64,000 nt of DNA from Candidatus Heimdallarchaeota archaeon (GTDB lineage: Archaea > Asgardarchaeota > Heimdallarchaeia > Heimdallarchaeales > Heimdallarchaeaceae): contig JAUVXV010000011.1 of NCBI GenBank assembly GCA_030603365.1, positions 1 through 64,000 of the forward strand, in the 5' to 3' direction. Numbering within the stretch: the stretch's first letter is position 1; the number at the start of each line of letters is the position of its first letter. Below the pieces are notes generated by a model. It did no database searches. It saw only the letters and a list, made by a program, of their open reading frames with translations, and had not been told where the DNA came from. Below are positions 19,135-29,716 of the stretch, piece by piece. The position numbers and the translations under genes were made by a program.

Positions 19135-20646
19135 TCAAGGAGTAATTGTAATGAACTTTTTCTTGTCTTGATGGCAGATAATCTGAATTACATTACGACC
19201 AGATATAGCTACTTTAGGTAAGCTTCCACCAGGTTCGACCCATTGCCCCACCATATAAAAATTCTTGAGTCCAGGTAGAGTTTTTTTCAAACGCATCCTT
19301 AAAGTTCTGGTTGTTTCTTGCCAACCTTGAAAGCTACCCTTCCAGTTACCAGTATATCGCTCCCAAGTAGTAGCGGTTGCTACATCACTCATCTCCACTT
19401 TAGCAGCTAACCCAGGGAAGCGTTTATCTAGTGAAGTAATCACATCATCTACAATCTGTTTCTTTACTGCTTTATAGCGTTCAGGATTCTGCTTGAGGGT
19501 TTTCCAGTACTCATAATCAGAAGCATACATTACTCTTACAAATGTCTTACCAGCTGGCGCAAGAGTAGGATCGAAATTGTAAAACTGTACACTCATTCTC
19601 TTCTGTTCTTGTCCACCAATAATAATCGGTTCATCGAGGGGAAAATCTATTCCAGTTACTGTTTGCGGGATCTCCTCGAACGAATGAGCTACCCCCAGAC
19701 CAATATATACTAAGGGTCGATAGAGAGTGAATTTATCATAATAACCCTGGATTCTTTTGTTGACATATTTCCCCTCTAGCATATCAAAAATGGTAGTGTG
19801 ACCATCAGCAGCGGAGATAATAATGTCACTTCGATGTTCACTACTATCAGTTAGCTTAACACCAACTGCTTTATCATTTTCAACCAGAATTTTATTTACT
19901 TTTGACTTGTAATGAATCTTACCACCTAAGTCTATGTAACGACTTTCAATTGCTTTTGCAAATTCAAGAGAACCACCTATAGGATAACCTGCTGTTTTTT
20001 GATTAACCCATGAGAGAGTCATAAGCACAGCTAATATTGGAAAATCTGGAGGATTTTGGAGGTTAAACAAATAAAGAAATACCTCTCTCATGAAAGGATT
20101 TCGAAAACGTGTAGCTATGTCTTGTATAGTTTTTTTACCCCACTTTCTGAATAAACTTGCATAGGGAAACATACTGAATATTATTTTGAGTTTGTCAATT
20201 GGAGTTAATAGTTCAGGAGCTTTTTCCCAAGGTATCGGAAAATTTTTACTCTTATGAATCGCTTTCATAAACTCCTCAATAACATCCTTATCTTCAGGAG
20301 CAAGTTCTTTCATATGCTGCTCCAAGCGATCAATCTCAGAGTAGACAATAAATACTTCATCATCTGAACCTTCAATCCTTGCGTACTCTTCATGGTCAAC
20401 CATAGACCAATCTTTCACTAAATCTAGTTCTTCCCATAAGCGATAGAAACGAGTTCCTGGGCGGGTTCCTGTAACCCAATGAGCACAACCATCAATCGTA
20501 TAACCTTTTCGTTTCCAGGATGTACAAACTCCACCAGGCAGATTATGCATCTCAAAGATTTGTGTGTTGTAACCGTTAATCTGACCATGACATCCTGCAA
20601 ATAAACCAGCAACTCCTGCTCCAATTATCGATATAGATTTCTTCAT
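19135..20646 (-). CDS. Phytoene desaturase-family FAD-dependent oxidoreductase
   Basis: IIGAGVAGL, PGGVCTSWKRKGY, TWERYTGN, GQWVEPGG motifs. Confidence 0.85.
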   Translation of the reverse strand: MKKSISIIGAGVAGLFAGCHGQINGYNTQIFEMHNLPGGVCTSWKRKGYTIDGCAHWVTGTRPGTRFYRLWEELDLVKDWSMVDHEEYARIEGSDDEVFIVYSEIDRLEQHMKELAPEDKDVIEEFMKAIHKSKNFPIPWEKAPELLTPIDKLKIIFSMFPYASLFRKWGKKTIQDIATRFRNPFMREVFLYLFNLQNPPDFPILAVLMTLSWVNQKTAGYPIGGSLEFAKAIESRYIDLGGKIHYKSKVNKILVENDKAVGVKLTDSSEHRSDIIISAADGHTTIFDMLEGKYVNKRIQGYYDKFTLYRPLVYIGLGVAHSFEEIPQTVTGIDFPLDEPIIIGGQEQKRMSVQFYNFDPTLAPAGKTFVRVMYASDYEYWKTLKQNPERYKAVKKQIVDDVITSLDKRFPGLAAKVEMSDVATATTWERYTGNWKGSFQGWQETTRTLRMRLKKTLPGLKNFYMVGQWVEPGGSLPKVAISGRNVIQIICHQDKKKFITITP

Positions 20647-20780
20647 GAGTTTTCCGCAGACATTTTGAATATACAAAAAGTGTCTTTCTATTTATTTAAT
20701 TCTTTTCCACAAACAATGTTGTATAAATTTTAGGAGAGGTTAATCTAAATTCATAAGAAATATGAAGAACCATACTCAAC

Positions 20781-20828
20781 TTATTTTCTGTAATATTTCA
20801 TTGCTTCTTCTTCTTTTCCAGGTTCAAA
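20781..20828 (-). pseudogene. C-terminal remnant (FEPGKEEEAMKYYRK*) of a paralog of 23548-24474
   Basis: Near-identical to the 3' end of the 23548 gene (FKPGKEEEAMKYYKI); cut off at the TnpB element left boundary. Confidence 0.75.
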
Positions 20829-22256
20829 CCTTCAAAAAGAAGAGTAGTTATGACTAATGATTTTCCGTTATTCCGTTATCTATGTGCAATTTTCTGTGGA
20901 GTTTAAATAGTGTAGACTCATTAATTATGAGAAGCTGATGGCACAAGAAGTGTGGAGAACGGAAGTGATGGAAACCACTCCTCATCCAGCTCTTGCATAC
21001 TTGTGCTATCAAACCAAGAACCTCTACAATAGGACAATGTTTGTATTCAAACAGCATTACAATCAGAAGAACAAGTGGTTATCCTATCAACAACTAGATA
21101 GAAAACTGAAAAAAGAACAATGTTACAAAGTTTTACCCGCTCATACAGCACAACATACTCTCAAACTTCTTGTTCGTAACTGGAAGAGTTTTGGCAAAGC
21201 ATTGAAACAATTCCAAATCACTCCCCAAGCATTTCTGGGCAAACCTCGACCACCAACATACAAAGCCAAGAACGGACAACAGATAGCGATTTTCACTAAC
21301 CAACAAGCAAGAATAGACAAGGAACAAACTCTTAGATTACAAAAGACACCTTTCTCTATTAAGACTCGTTTGACAAACACTGTCAAACTCAAGGAAGTGA
21401 GAATCATTCCTCGAGGAGTAGGATATTCCATAGAGATAGTGTATAGTAAACTAGTTCCAGAAGTAGAGGTGAAGGGAACAAACATAGGAGCAATAGATCT
21501 TGGAGTCCACAACCTTCTCACTTATGTAGACAACATTGGGAGTAGACCGATTGTTGTTAAGGATGAAGGGAAAGGGATTAAATCCATCCTCAGGTTCTAT
21601 CTGAAAGAAATAAAAAAGTTACAACAAAAGTATGCACAACAACAGCACCTTACATTAAAACAGAATAATAGACTTGAATACGGTAAGAGGTTTCACAGAC
21701 TTCGTGAGATTAAGCGTAGAAAAGTTAAAAACTGGATTCACCAGATGAGTAGTAAGTTTGTGAAGCTGTGGGTGCAAACAGGAATTCAACAAGTCTATAT
21801 AGGTTATAATCCTCTCTGGAAGCAGCAGGTAAGATTAAGAAAGAAAACCACCCAGCTGTTTGTTATTCTTCCGTTTGAAAGATTCATCCATGCTCTCAAA
21901 TATAAAGCAGAAGAACAAGGGATAATAGTAGAGAAAATTGAAGAAGACTACACCTCCAAATGTAGCTTTCTTGATAATGAATTTCCTAAGAAATACAAGA
22001 GGTACAAAGGACGAAGAACCAAACGAGGGTTATTCAAAGCTGTAACAGGGCAATTAATCAATGCTGATGTAAATGGTGCATACAACATCTTACTCAAAGG
22101 CGATCCGCAAGCACTACCTTCTCGTAGTGTGGGCGGGGTAGGAGGATATGTGGTTTATCCCCATAGATGGAGCTTCGAGCTCTGATAAATCTAGGAAAAA
22201 GGTTTTAACGTGATGACGTAAAAACCTAACCATAACCTAATTGTCTAATGTATCAA
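20829..22256 (+). mobile_element. Non-autonomous TnpB-only element (IS1341-like); boundaries approximate
   Basis: Left junction set by the truncated host remnant; 3' hairpin AGGTTTTAACG..CGTAAAAACCT and TCAA at 22253-22256; no tnpA nearby. Confidence 0.6.
20938..22185 (+). CDS. tnpB: RNA-guided endonuclease TnpB
   Basis: KNLYN, AIDLG (RuvC-I), IGYN..WKQ, EEDYTSKCS, INADVNGAYNI (RuvC-III). Confidence 0.93.
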   Translation: MAQEVWRTEVMETTPHPALAYLCYQTKNLYNRTMFVFKQHYNQKNKWLSYQQLDRKLKKEQCYKVLPAHTAQHTLKLLVRNWKSFGKALKQFQITPQAFLGKPRPPTYKAKNGQQIAIFTNQQARIDKEQTLRLQKTPFSIKTRLTNTVKLKEVRIIPRGVGYSIEIVYSKLVPEVEVKGTNIGAIDLGVHNLLTYVDNIGSRPIVVKDEGKGIKSILRFYLKEIKKLQQKYAQQQHLTLKQNNRLEYGKRFHRLREIKRRKVKNWIHQMSSKFVKLWVQTGIQQVYIGYNPLWKQQVRLRKKTTQLFVILPFERFIHALKYKAEEQGIIVEKIEEDYTSKCSFLDNEFPKKYKRYKGRRTKRGLFKAVTGQLINADVNGAYNILLKGDPQALPSRSVGGVGGYVVYPHRWSFEL

Positions 22257-22280
22257 CCACTCTGGTATATTATTTTGTTC

Positions 22281-23417
22281 TTACAGTTCTTCGATAGTCT
22301 CCTTAAATATCACATTTCTCTTCCGTAAGTATTCAATAACTTGGTGATAGACTTCTGAATGTTTTCCTAATAGTTCTGGAGGAATGATTCCTTTTTCTTT
22401 GAATTTTCCTTCAAGTACAATTTGAGCAACTGCTGTACATGTATATCCTGTTGTTCTTGCTATAGATAATATCCGCTTCTCTCTATCGTACTTATCATAC
22501 ATATCATAGGTATAACGTAGTTTCTTGTCATCTTTTATTCCTTCAATAACTATCTTCATAATAGTATGATCTTCATCTCCCTCTTCAAACATCCAATGAT
22601 CAAGTAGAAGTTTACCTGTTAGCTCAATTGGTTTGATTTTTTTTCCTATTACATCAATTTCCTCTGTATTGAGGAATCCTGCCTCTATTAACATTTGCAT
22701 CTTTTCTATATGATCAGGATATCTCAGTGTTTTTTCTTTCATGAAAGGGATATCCATTGTCTTGATGAGAGTTCTAAGACCATCAGTATTGATGGCTACT
22801 AGAGTTCCTACTTCTGGAAAATCTAATAATTCAAGTTCAGATAATGCTGGTTTAACAACTATCTCACTATTCTCAATATATCTCGCTAATAGGATATAAT
22901 CCTCGATTACCTCAATGGGTGGATAAGGTGATTTATAATCAAAAAGCCAGTTTCTTTCTACCGGTAATCCCCCAACATAACATAGGAAACTTTCTGTTTT
23001 ATCTAAGATTGAATCAATATAACCAAGTATGATGCTGCTTGAACCAGGAGCTACTCCACAGTCAACAACAGCTGTAACTCCTTTCTCCTTTGCTAATTTA
23101 TCTAAGCTTAATGCATCTCCCTCGTAATATGAGATATCTACTATGTTCTTTCCTGCTTCAATTACTGCTTTAAGAGACTTGTACCCCATAAAACTAGGAA
23201 GAGCTCCAATTACTAAATCAAAATCCTTTACAATATCTTTGATGATATTGGGATTGGATAAATCTGCACATATTCCATGAAGATCATAATCATGTTTCAG
23301 TTTATCTAAAACCTCTTGGTTAATATCAACTATTGAAACCTCAGTTGAGGGATCTTCTGCTAAATCTCTTGCAATAACATTTCCTACATATCCTACTCCT
23401 AAAACAACAACTTTCAT
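22281..23417 (-). CDS. Saccharopine/lysine 6-dehydrogenase family
   Basis: VLGVGYVG, DCGVAPG, TDGLRTL, EKTLRYP, ARTTGYT motifs. Confidence 0.88.
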   Translation of the reverse strand: MKVVVLGVGYVGNVIARDLAEDPSTEVSIVDINQEVLDKLKHDYDLHGICADLSNPNIIKDIVKDFDLVIGALPSFMGYKSLKAVIEAGKNIVDISYYEGDALSLDKLAKEKGVTAVVDCGVAPGSSSIILGYIDSILDKTESFLCYVGGLPVERNWLFDYKSPYPPIEVIEDYILLARYIENSEIVVKPALSELELLDFPEVGTLVAINTDGLRTLIKTMDIPFMKEKTLRYPDHIEKMQMLIEAGFLNTEEIDVIGKKIKPIELTGKLLLDHWMFEEGDEDHTIMKIVIEGIKDDKKLRYTYDMYDKYDREKRILSIARTTGYTCTAVAQIVLEGKFKEKGIIPPELLGKHSEVYHQVIEYLRKRNVIFKETIEEL

Positions 23418-23547
23418 ATCTAAACCTCTGGGGAATATGATTATAGAAGTAGATGAGTTAAAAGGGTTTCAGTCGAAAGGTAAACCTGAATACTTTAATT
23501 TATTCCTGAAGAAGTTTCTTCTTCCTATTCTTGACCAGAAACACGTA

Positions 23548-24474
23548 TCAGATCTTATAATATTTCATTGCTTCTTCTTCTTTCCCGGGTTTAAAATTGT
23601 CCCAGAACTCCTTTGGAGGATGACGTAAATCGTAATCGATACGAGTATCATGTAACACTCTAGAACAGTACGGGTCTCCTTCCATGATAGTGTGCTCCAT
23701 GGTTAGAATTATATGATCATTAGCGTGTGCTCGGAATTTTTCATAATCACCATAACAACAAGCAAGATATTTTAATTCAACATCTGGAAGATCTACCATA
23801 GCATCGACACAAGTTGGACAGTTCTCATTTTTGAAAGCGTATTTGCCCTCTTCTATCATGGAGTGTACCATAACCCATTCAGATGAGGTTGTGTCTCCTG
23901 ACAAACGATTTTCTAATCTTTTTTCAAGGCTAACAAATTTTTCTCTATCCGGGGAAGGATGATCGATATAATAATTTGTTATATATTGCTTGAATAATTT
24001 CACTGCTTCTTCTCTTTCAATAGTTTCTGTTAAAGCTTGTAAGATATAATAAGATGGGTATGTCCATGCTTGTATGAGACCTTTCATTGATATTTGAACT
24101 TCATTCATTTCCCATTCTTTATTCTCTCTTATCTGCAAGAGTTGAAGAAGATAGTTTGAAGTTGCCTTATTCAAATCTGGATATTGAACTAAATTATTGA
24201 ATTCTGCGAATGTCTTTTCAATTTCTCCAGAAGAAATTATCAACAAATCTTCTTCTATTAATCCCAAATATTTCTTTGTAAGATTGTTAACATAATCAGT
24301 GATTATTTCTGATTTTTCTTTAGCTATAAATCCAATAAAATAATCAAGTTTATCCAATAAAATTATGGGGATTTGTTCTTTTAGATTTAGAGTAGTAGGT
24401 TCCTCTAAAGAATTTTCTCTATAGGTTCCAGTTTGTGTAAATTTCATATAAGATTCATTATTTTTAAAAATCAA
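23548..24474 (-). CDS. L-2-amino-thiazoline-4-carboxylate hydrolase-like domain protein
   Basis: C-terminal NCP..ACCYGD..TMEHTIMEGDPYC pattern. Confidence 0.6.
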   Translation of the reverse strand: MIFKNNESYMKFTQTGTYRENSLEEPTTLNLKEQIPIILLDKLDYFIGFIAKEKSEIITDYVNNLTKKYLGLIEEDLLIISSGEIEKTFAEFNNLVQYPDLNKATSNYLLQLLQIRENKEWEMNEVQISMKGLIQAWTYPSYYILQALTETIEREEAVKLFKQYITNYYIDHPSPDREKFVSLEKRLENRLSGDTTSSEWVMVHSMIEEGKYAFKNENCPTCVDAMVDLPDVELKYLACCYGDYEKFRAHANDHIILTMEHTIMEGDPYCSRVLHDTRIDYDLRHPPKEFWDNFKPGKEEEAMKYYKI

Positions 24475-24529
24475 ACTCTAATAAGTATATTGCCGAAAAT
24501 TTAATTATTGAAAAAAAGTGATATGGCAA

Positions 24530-25846
24530 ATGGTATCCTCAAAGATTGTTGTAATTGGAGCTGGCAGCTTACAATTCGGACTAGGAACTTGTGGTAGTAT
24601 CTTCAATTCTAAAGTGTTAGAAGGAACTACAGTGAGTTTGCATGACATAAACGCAGAGAATTTAGAATATGCACGAGATGCATGTCAAGCAAAGATAGAT
24701 CAGGATAATCTAAACTTCACCTTAGAATCCACATCAGACCGAAAGGAAGCTTTGAAAGGAGCTAATTTTATTATTAATTCTATTGAAGTAGGACCAAGAT
24801 TTGATTGGTGGGAATTAGATAAAAGAATTCCATGGAAATATGGTAGTCCTCAAGTGTTTGGAGAAAACGGCGGTCCAGGAGGAATGTTTCATTCATTGAG
24901 AGTTGTTCCACCAATTCTAGATATTTGTGAGGATATTAACAAAATTTGTCCTGATGCAACTTTCATTAACTATTCTAACCCCATGCATAGAATACTTTTG
25001 TCAGTCAACAGAAAGTTTCCAAATCTTAAAACAGTTGGTCTTTGTCATGAAATTGCATTAGCGGAATATCTTCTCCCAAAAATTCTGAAAATACCTTTTG
25101 AAAAAATGGAATTATGGTGTGGAGGATTGAATCATATGGGAGCAATAATCAAAGCCAATCACAAAGATACCAATGAAGACCTAATACCTGAAATTCGGCA
25201 AAGAGGGGTTAAATTCTTGAAAAGATGGAGATGGAGCATTCCATCAAGGATGTTAAATCCAGTTGGTCTTACACTCTACATCTTAGAGAACTTTGGCTTT
25301 CTACCTTATACTAATGATTCTCATTATGGAGAATATATTGGTTGGGCAAAGGATGTTGTCAATATGCGAGGTATCAGGAGTTTTTACAATCTCTACAGAT
25401 TTTTTGTTAATTATAGTGGATCTCAAATTAGAAATAAAATTAAAAGAAATAAAGGACATAAATTAGTAAAACCCGATCATGAACGAGCAGTTCCAATTAT
25501 AGAAGGTATCCTTTCTGACAGTAACCATCATGAACTATCAGTCAATCTTCCTAATAAGGGTATAATCTCTAATCTCCCAGAAGATTTGGTTATAGAATGC
25601 CCAGCAACTGTCAATAAATCAGGAGTAAAGGGAATACCTCTTGGAGAATATCCTGAACCACTAGTTGATCTACTAAGAGATGAAGTTATTGTACAGGATT
25701 TAACAGTAAAAGCTATTCTCAATAATTCACGAGAATATGCAATACAAGCTTTAGAAGCAGATGGAAATTTTCCTCGAAAACATCTTATTGATCCTTTTTT
25801 GGATGAGATGCTTGAGCTTCAAAAAGACTGGGTTAAACTTGAATAA
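24530..25846 (+). CDS. GH4 NAD-dependent alpha-galactosidase/glucosidase
   Basis: IGAGS, GENGGPGG, NYSNP, GLCHE, GLNH motifs. Confidence 0.92.
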   Translation: MVSSKIVVIGAGSLQFGLGTCGSIFNSKVLEGTTVSLHDINAENLEYARDACQAKIDQDNLNFTLESTSDRKEALKGANFIINSIEVGPRFDWWELDKRIPWKYGSPQVFGENGGPGGMFHSLRVVPPILDICEDINKICPDATFINYSNPMHRILLSVNRKFPNLKTVGLCHEIALAEYLLPKILKIPFEKMELWCGGLNHMGAIIKANHKDTNEDLIPEIRQRGVKFLKRWRWSIPSRMLNPVGLTLYILENFGFLPYTNDSHYGEYIGWAKDVVNMRGIRSFYNLYRFFVNYSGSQIRNKIKRNKGHKLVKPDHERAVPIIEGILSDSNHHELSVNLPNKGIISNLPEDLVIECPATVNKSGVKGIPLGEYPEPLVDLLRDEVIVQDLTVKAILNNSREYAIQALEADGNFPRKHLIDPFLDEMLELQKDWVKLE

Positions 25847-25906
25847 CTTGAATATTAATGTCAACAATCGATCGGTTAGTATTTAATGAAGTCAGGTTGT
25901 AATATT

Positions 25907-26845
25907 TCAATCGAATACGTTACTCATAAATTTGCTGTTTCCCATTTCATATAATTTGTCGGCTATATCTACCATTTGTTGGTGATCAGTTGATTTTTCG
26001 TAGGTTGCGAAGCGGATATGAGATTGTCGAAATCGCCAAATAGATGCTGTCACCGCAGCGTATATGCAAAATAAATTTAAAGATTCAATTTCAATTGGTG
26101 TTAACGATTTCACTTCTTGGTATCCTTTTATTAGAGCCTTCGTGTAGCTCATATCAACTATTTTATCCAATGTTAGCAATCCTGTTATAGCCATACCCAA
26201 ATCGAAAATCAAGGGATAATTTGAAACATCCTCAAAATCAATAATTGCTACCAGATTTCCATTTTTTTGAATAATATTATCTGGAAATATGTCACCATGA
26301 ACCAATCCTGTTGGTAGTTGGTCTGGAATTAGTGCCTCTAAATATTCTAATTTGGTTTTAAGCCACTCAATATAGGGATGATCAATATCTGAGGAGATTA
26401 CTTCTTCAAGATAAGATAAACCGTAGGGTAAAGCGGTTTGGATATTATCTGGACAGGGAATATCATGCAACTGGGCTATGCGACTACCTAATTGTTCAAA
26501 AAATTGTATAGTGGGTCTCTTTACAATCTCTCCGTCAAGAAATTTCTTTAAATAGACAGGTTTACCTTTATGTTCTAGTACATATTCGTGATCTTTTGAC
26601 GAAATCACTTGATTAGTTTGAAAATGATGTTTGTGAAGGTAGAGTAACAAATTCGTTATGGCTAGGGTTTGTAGCCTAGTTATATACTCACAGATGGTTA
26701 GGATATATTTCTGAGTTCTTGTTTGAATATAATAATTTGTACTAGATCCCCCCTTCATTGGATAAAATTTGATAACTTTACCGAGTGAATATACATTTGC
26801 AAATTTAGTAATTTCTTTTGAAGTGAGAATTGTATAATGAGCCAT
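25907..26845 (-). CDS. Homoserine kinase type II (APH-like phosphotransferase)
   Basis: MAHYT start, HGDIFPDN and IIDF motifs. Confidence 0.8.
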   Translation of the reverse strand: MAHYTILTSKEITKFANVYSLGKVIKFYPMKGGSSTNYYIQTRTQKYILTICEYITRLQTLAITNLLLYLHKHHFQTNQVISSKDHEYVLEHKGKPVYLKKFLDGEIVKRPTIQFFEQLGSRIAQLHDIPCPDNIQTALPYGLSYLEEVISSDIDHPYIEWLKTKLEYLEALIPDQLPTGLVHGDIFPDNIIQKNGNLVAIIDFEDVSNYPLIFDLGMAITGLLTLDKIVDMSYTKALIKGYQEVKSLTPIEIESLNLFCIYAAVTASIWRFRQSHIRFATYEKSTDHQQMVDIADKLYEMGNSKFMSNVFD

Positions 26846-27041
26846 CTGAAATGATCACCTTTAATTTGTTTTATAGCTTTTTAAGATAGTCGTTATCAAG
26901 GATGTCGACCTGCTTTAGATATGAAAGGACCTCTTTTGTTTTCTTTTATATGGTTTTTCTCTTAAAATTTAAGATTTCTTTGCTAGTTATAATTTAAAAA
27001 TAACCATTTCTTTCTGGTAGTAATTAAATTTCTCCAGAAAG

Positions 27042-28070
27042 ATGAGAAATATCCACAACAATTTAAAAAAAGGAGATACTAAAAATATGAGCTTCTATGA
27101 CACTGGTTGGGCATGGCCTTGGTGGTCGATTATGGTTGCTATTAACATAGTGAGCCTAGTTGTTTGTGCAATTGTTTTCAAACGATCACTGATTCCAAAA
27201 GATGGAAAAGATTCAAAATATCGGATATGGATGAGAATTATGGGAGTAACCTTTACGTTAGTTGCTGCATATCGAGTGGTTTTTGTATCGCGGTATGGCG
27301 CTCAACGTGCTTGGTTTGATACCCTTGCGAATAGCACTCTCTTAATTCGAACACTTGCCACGTTTGCAGAACTTGCATTCAGTGGGTTAATTGCGTTAGC
27401 AATGTTACGTTTTAATACCTATTTACCTCCTAAAGAGGAAGCACTTTCTAATAAGTTCAAGTCATTCTATCTCACAAAGAGTCCATATATCTTACCAATA
27501 TGCATATTTCTAGCAAATATCTTTGCCACAAGTTCGGTGATCACCAAATTTGCATTATTGGGTGCAATCGAGGAGACATTATGGTCAGTTGGGTTCGTAG
27601 CAATACTCCCACTTGCTATTATACAACTTCGCCGTGTTTTCTTGATAAAAGATAAGGAAGCTGCAGGACGGTTACGAATGCTGAAGATGTCTGCGATAAT
27701 AATTGCAGCATGGTGCGTGATTTATGTTGGTTACGGGTTGATCTTTCATTTACCGGATATGTGGATCTATGTGATTGAGTTATTTAAAACAGGATTACCT
27801 CCAATAAAAACAGGCTGGAGTGCGATAGTTGATGCTTTTATGATCGTAAATGTATCTGTATCTAAACTGGCTGCCGATTGGTCTTTTGGTTTTCTAATAT
27901 GGCACTCTGCCTACTTTAGCATCTGTGTTTGGATTTCAATATTCTTAATGCAAGCACCACGACCACAGGAAATTCCTAAGAAACTTAACCTTAAGCTAAC
28001 AATCATAACACTGACTCTAATGATGTTAGTAATAATAGCATTATTAACGCTAATCATCATACGGGGATAA
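27042..28070 (+). CDS. Multi-pass membrane protein of unknown function
   Basis: About 8 hydrophobic segments; RTLATFAE, AIEETLW motifs; likely start at 27087 after AAGGAG. Confidence 0.75.
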   Translation: MRNIHNNLKKGDTKNMSFYDTGWAWPWWSIMVAINIVSLVVCAIVFKRSLIPKDGKDSKYRIWMRIMGVTFTLVAAYRVVFVSRYGAQRAWFDTLANSTLLIRTLATFAELAFSGLIALAMLRFNTYLPPKEEALSNKFKSFYLTKSPYILPICIFLANIFATSSVITKFALLGAIEETLWSVGFVAILPLAIIQLRRVFLIKDKEAAGRLRMLKMSAIIIAAWCVIYVGYGLIFHLPDMWIYVIELFKTGLPPIKTGWSAIVDAFMIVNVSVSKLAADWSFGFLIWHSAYFSICVWISIFLMQAPRPQEIPKKLNLKLTIITLTLMMLVIIALLTLIIIRG

Positions 28071-28266
28071 CATTAAGTTTTAGTCATTTTATGATGAGTA
28101 AATGAACTACTTATCTAGTTTGTTTATCCTTGTTGGAAAATATCTACAGTATTGATAACAAGTTCGTCATACAACTTCTTCTTTTGAAGAATGAGATGAG
28201 AAAAAATCATTAAGCAAGAATATCCAGAATTTATGATGTATATGAGTTTTTTGTGATGAGCTCAAG

Positions 28267-28800
28267 CTAAATAAGTACGTTGCTGAATAATTGCAACTTC
28301 TTTAACCACGTTATTATTATATTATTTGTTGTCTCGGCTTGGGAACCATAAATTGCTAATCCTTCTAAAACAGTTGCTTGAGAGCTCATTTGTTTAATAT
28401 CAGTTAAACAACGAGCTTCTCCACCACCTCCATGAGTTGCAAAAGGGATAATTGTCTTCTCTGATAGATCATGTATGGAAAGAAATGTTGCTACTGGTGG
28501 AGCCATTGTACTGTACCAGTTAGGAGTACCAACAAAAACAATATCATATTGATCTATATTTTCTACTAAACTTTTTATTGGTGGTTTGTACTGATTGTCA
28601 ATTTCAACCTTGCTTACTTTCAGAACTTCCTGATAACTAGCTGGATATTCATTAACTACCTCAATTCTGAAAAGATCACCACCAACAAAGTTCTTTATCT
28701 GATTTGCAAATTCTTCAGTATTTCCTGATCGTGTATAGTATGCTATCAGTATTTTTGGTTGTAGCTCATCTGTTACATTTGTATTCATTTGAATGCCCAC
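28267..28800 (-). CDS. Flavodoxin
   Basis: YYTRSGNT, GTPNW, FATHGGGG motifs. Confidence 0.9.
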   Translation of the reverse strand: MGIQMNTNVTDELQPKILIAYYTRSGNTEEFANQIKNFVGGDLFRIEVVNEYPASYQEVLKVSKVEIDNQYKPPIKSLVENIDQYDIVFVGTPNWYSTMAPPVATFLSIHDLSEKTIIPFATHGGGGEARCLTDIKQMSSQATVLEGLAIYGSQAETTNNIIITWLKKLQLFSNVLI

Positions 28801-28914
28801 ATTGATTAGCTATAATTATCTTAATCATAAATAGGTTGTTCTCTTAAAGTTTTTTCAAAAAAGGATATAAGGATGTTACTAAATGTAACATACACAGGTA
28901 AGAAGGAATTAATA

Positions 28915-29229
28915 ATGATTAGTCGAATTTGGCATGGATGGACTACACTAGAGAACGCTGAAGCATACGAATTACTTCTCAAGAGCGAAATTTTTTTAGG
29001 CATAAAAACCCGTAAAATTGATGGTTTTAAAGGAATTCATCTTCTTCGTCGTAATATCAATAATGAAGTGGAATTCATTACAATTATGTGGTTTGATTCG
29101 TTAGAAGCTGTCCGTGCTTTTGCCGGAGAAGATTACGAGATAGCAGTTGTCCCTACAAAAGCAAGAGACTTGCTTTCACGTTTTGACGCAAGGTCCCAAC
29201 ATTATGAAGTAAAGGATGGAGTTAACTGA
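28915..29229 (+). CDS. Antibiotic biosynthesis monooxygenase (ABM)-like protein
   Basis: MISRIWHGWT..EVEFITIMWFDSLEAVRAFAGEDYE. Confidence 0.85.
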   Translation: MISRIWHGWTTLENAEAYELLLKSEIFLGIKTRKIDGFKGIHLLRRNINNEVEFITIMWFDSLEAVRAFAGEDYEIAVVPTKARDLLSRFDARSQHYEVKDGVN

Positions 29230-29272
29230 ATGACAAACATAACTCTAAAATTTGCTGCAAGGTTCAGATGGT

Positions 29273-29608
29273 TTATTCAGATTTAATCTGATTCTCTTTT
29301 TGATCTAATTTATATCTTTCACCAGAAAAAAAGAATAGCAAAGGCAGTAATAACTCATACACCCCTTCACCTATTTCTGTTAATTCATAGCTAACTTGAA
29401 TGGGTTGCGTATTAATCACTGTTCTAGTTACAATATGATTTTCTTCAAACTCTTTCAAGCGTGTTGTTAGCGTGCGTGAATTTATATTTGGTAAAGCTCG
29501 ACGAATATCATTGAAAAATGGTTTTCCTTTAGATCCTGATAGTAAGCCTGTTTCATTCCTATTTTCTTTTAGTATTATTGCTCTTCTTAGTTTAGTGTAT
29601 ATTCTCAA
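29273..29608 (-). CDS. HxlR-family winged-helix regulator, N-terminus possibly decayed
   Basis: FNDIRRALPNINSRTLTTRLKE..VSYELTEIG. Confidence 0.7.
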   Translation of the reverse strand: MRIYTKLRRAIILKENRNETGLLSGSKGKPFFNDIRRALPNINSRTLTTRLKEFEENHIVTRTVINTQPIQVSYELTEIGEGVYELLLPLLFFFSGERYKLDQKENQIKSE

Positions 29609-29716
29609 GAGAAAATCAAAATTGTATTAACCTAATTTGTTCTTTTTCTTTTCATTTCGTTTTTTTCTGGCAATAAACAAGTTTATGAAGTATTTTTTAA
29701 AATAAATAATGTTAAG

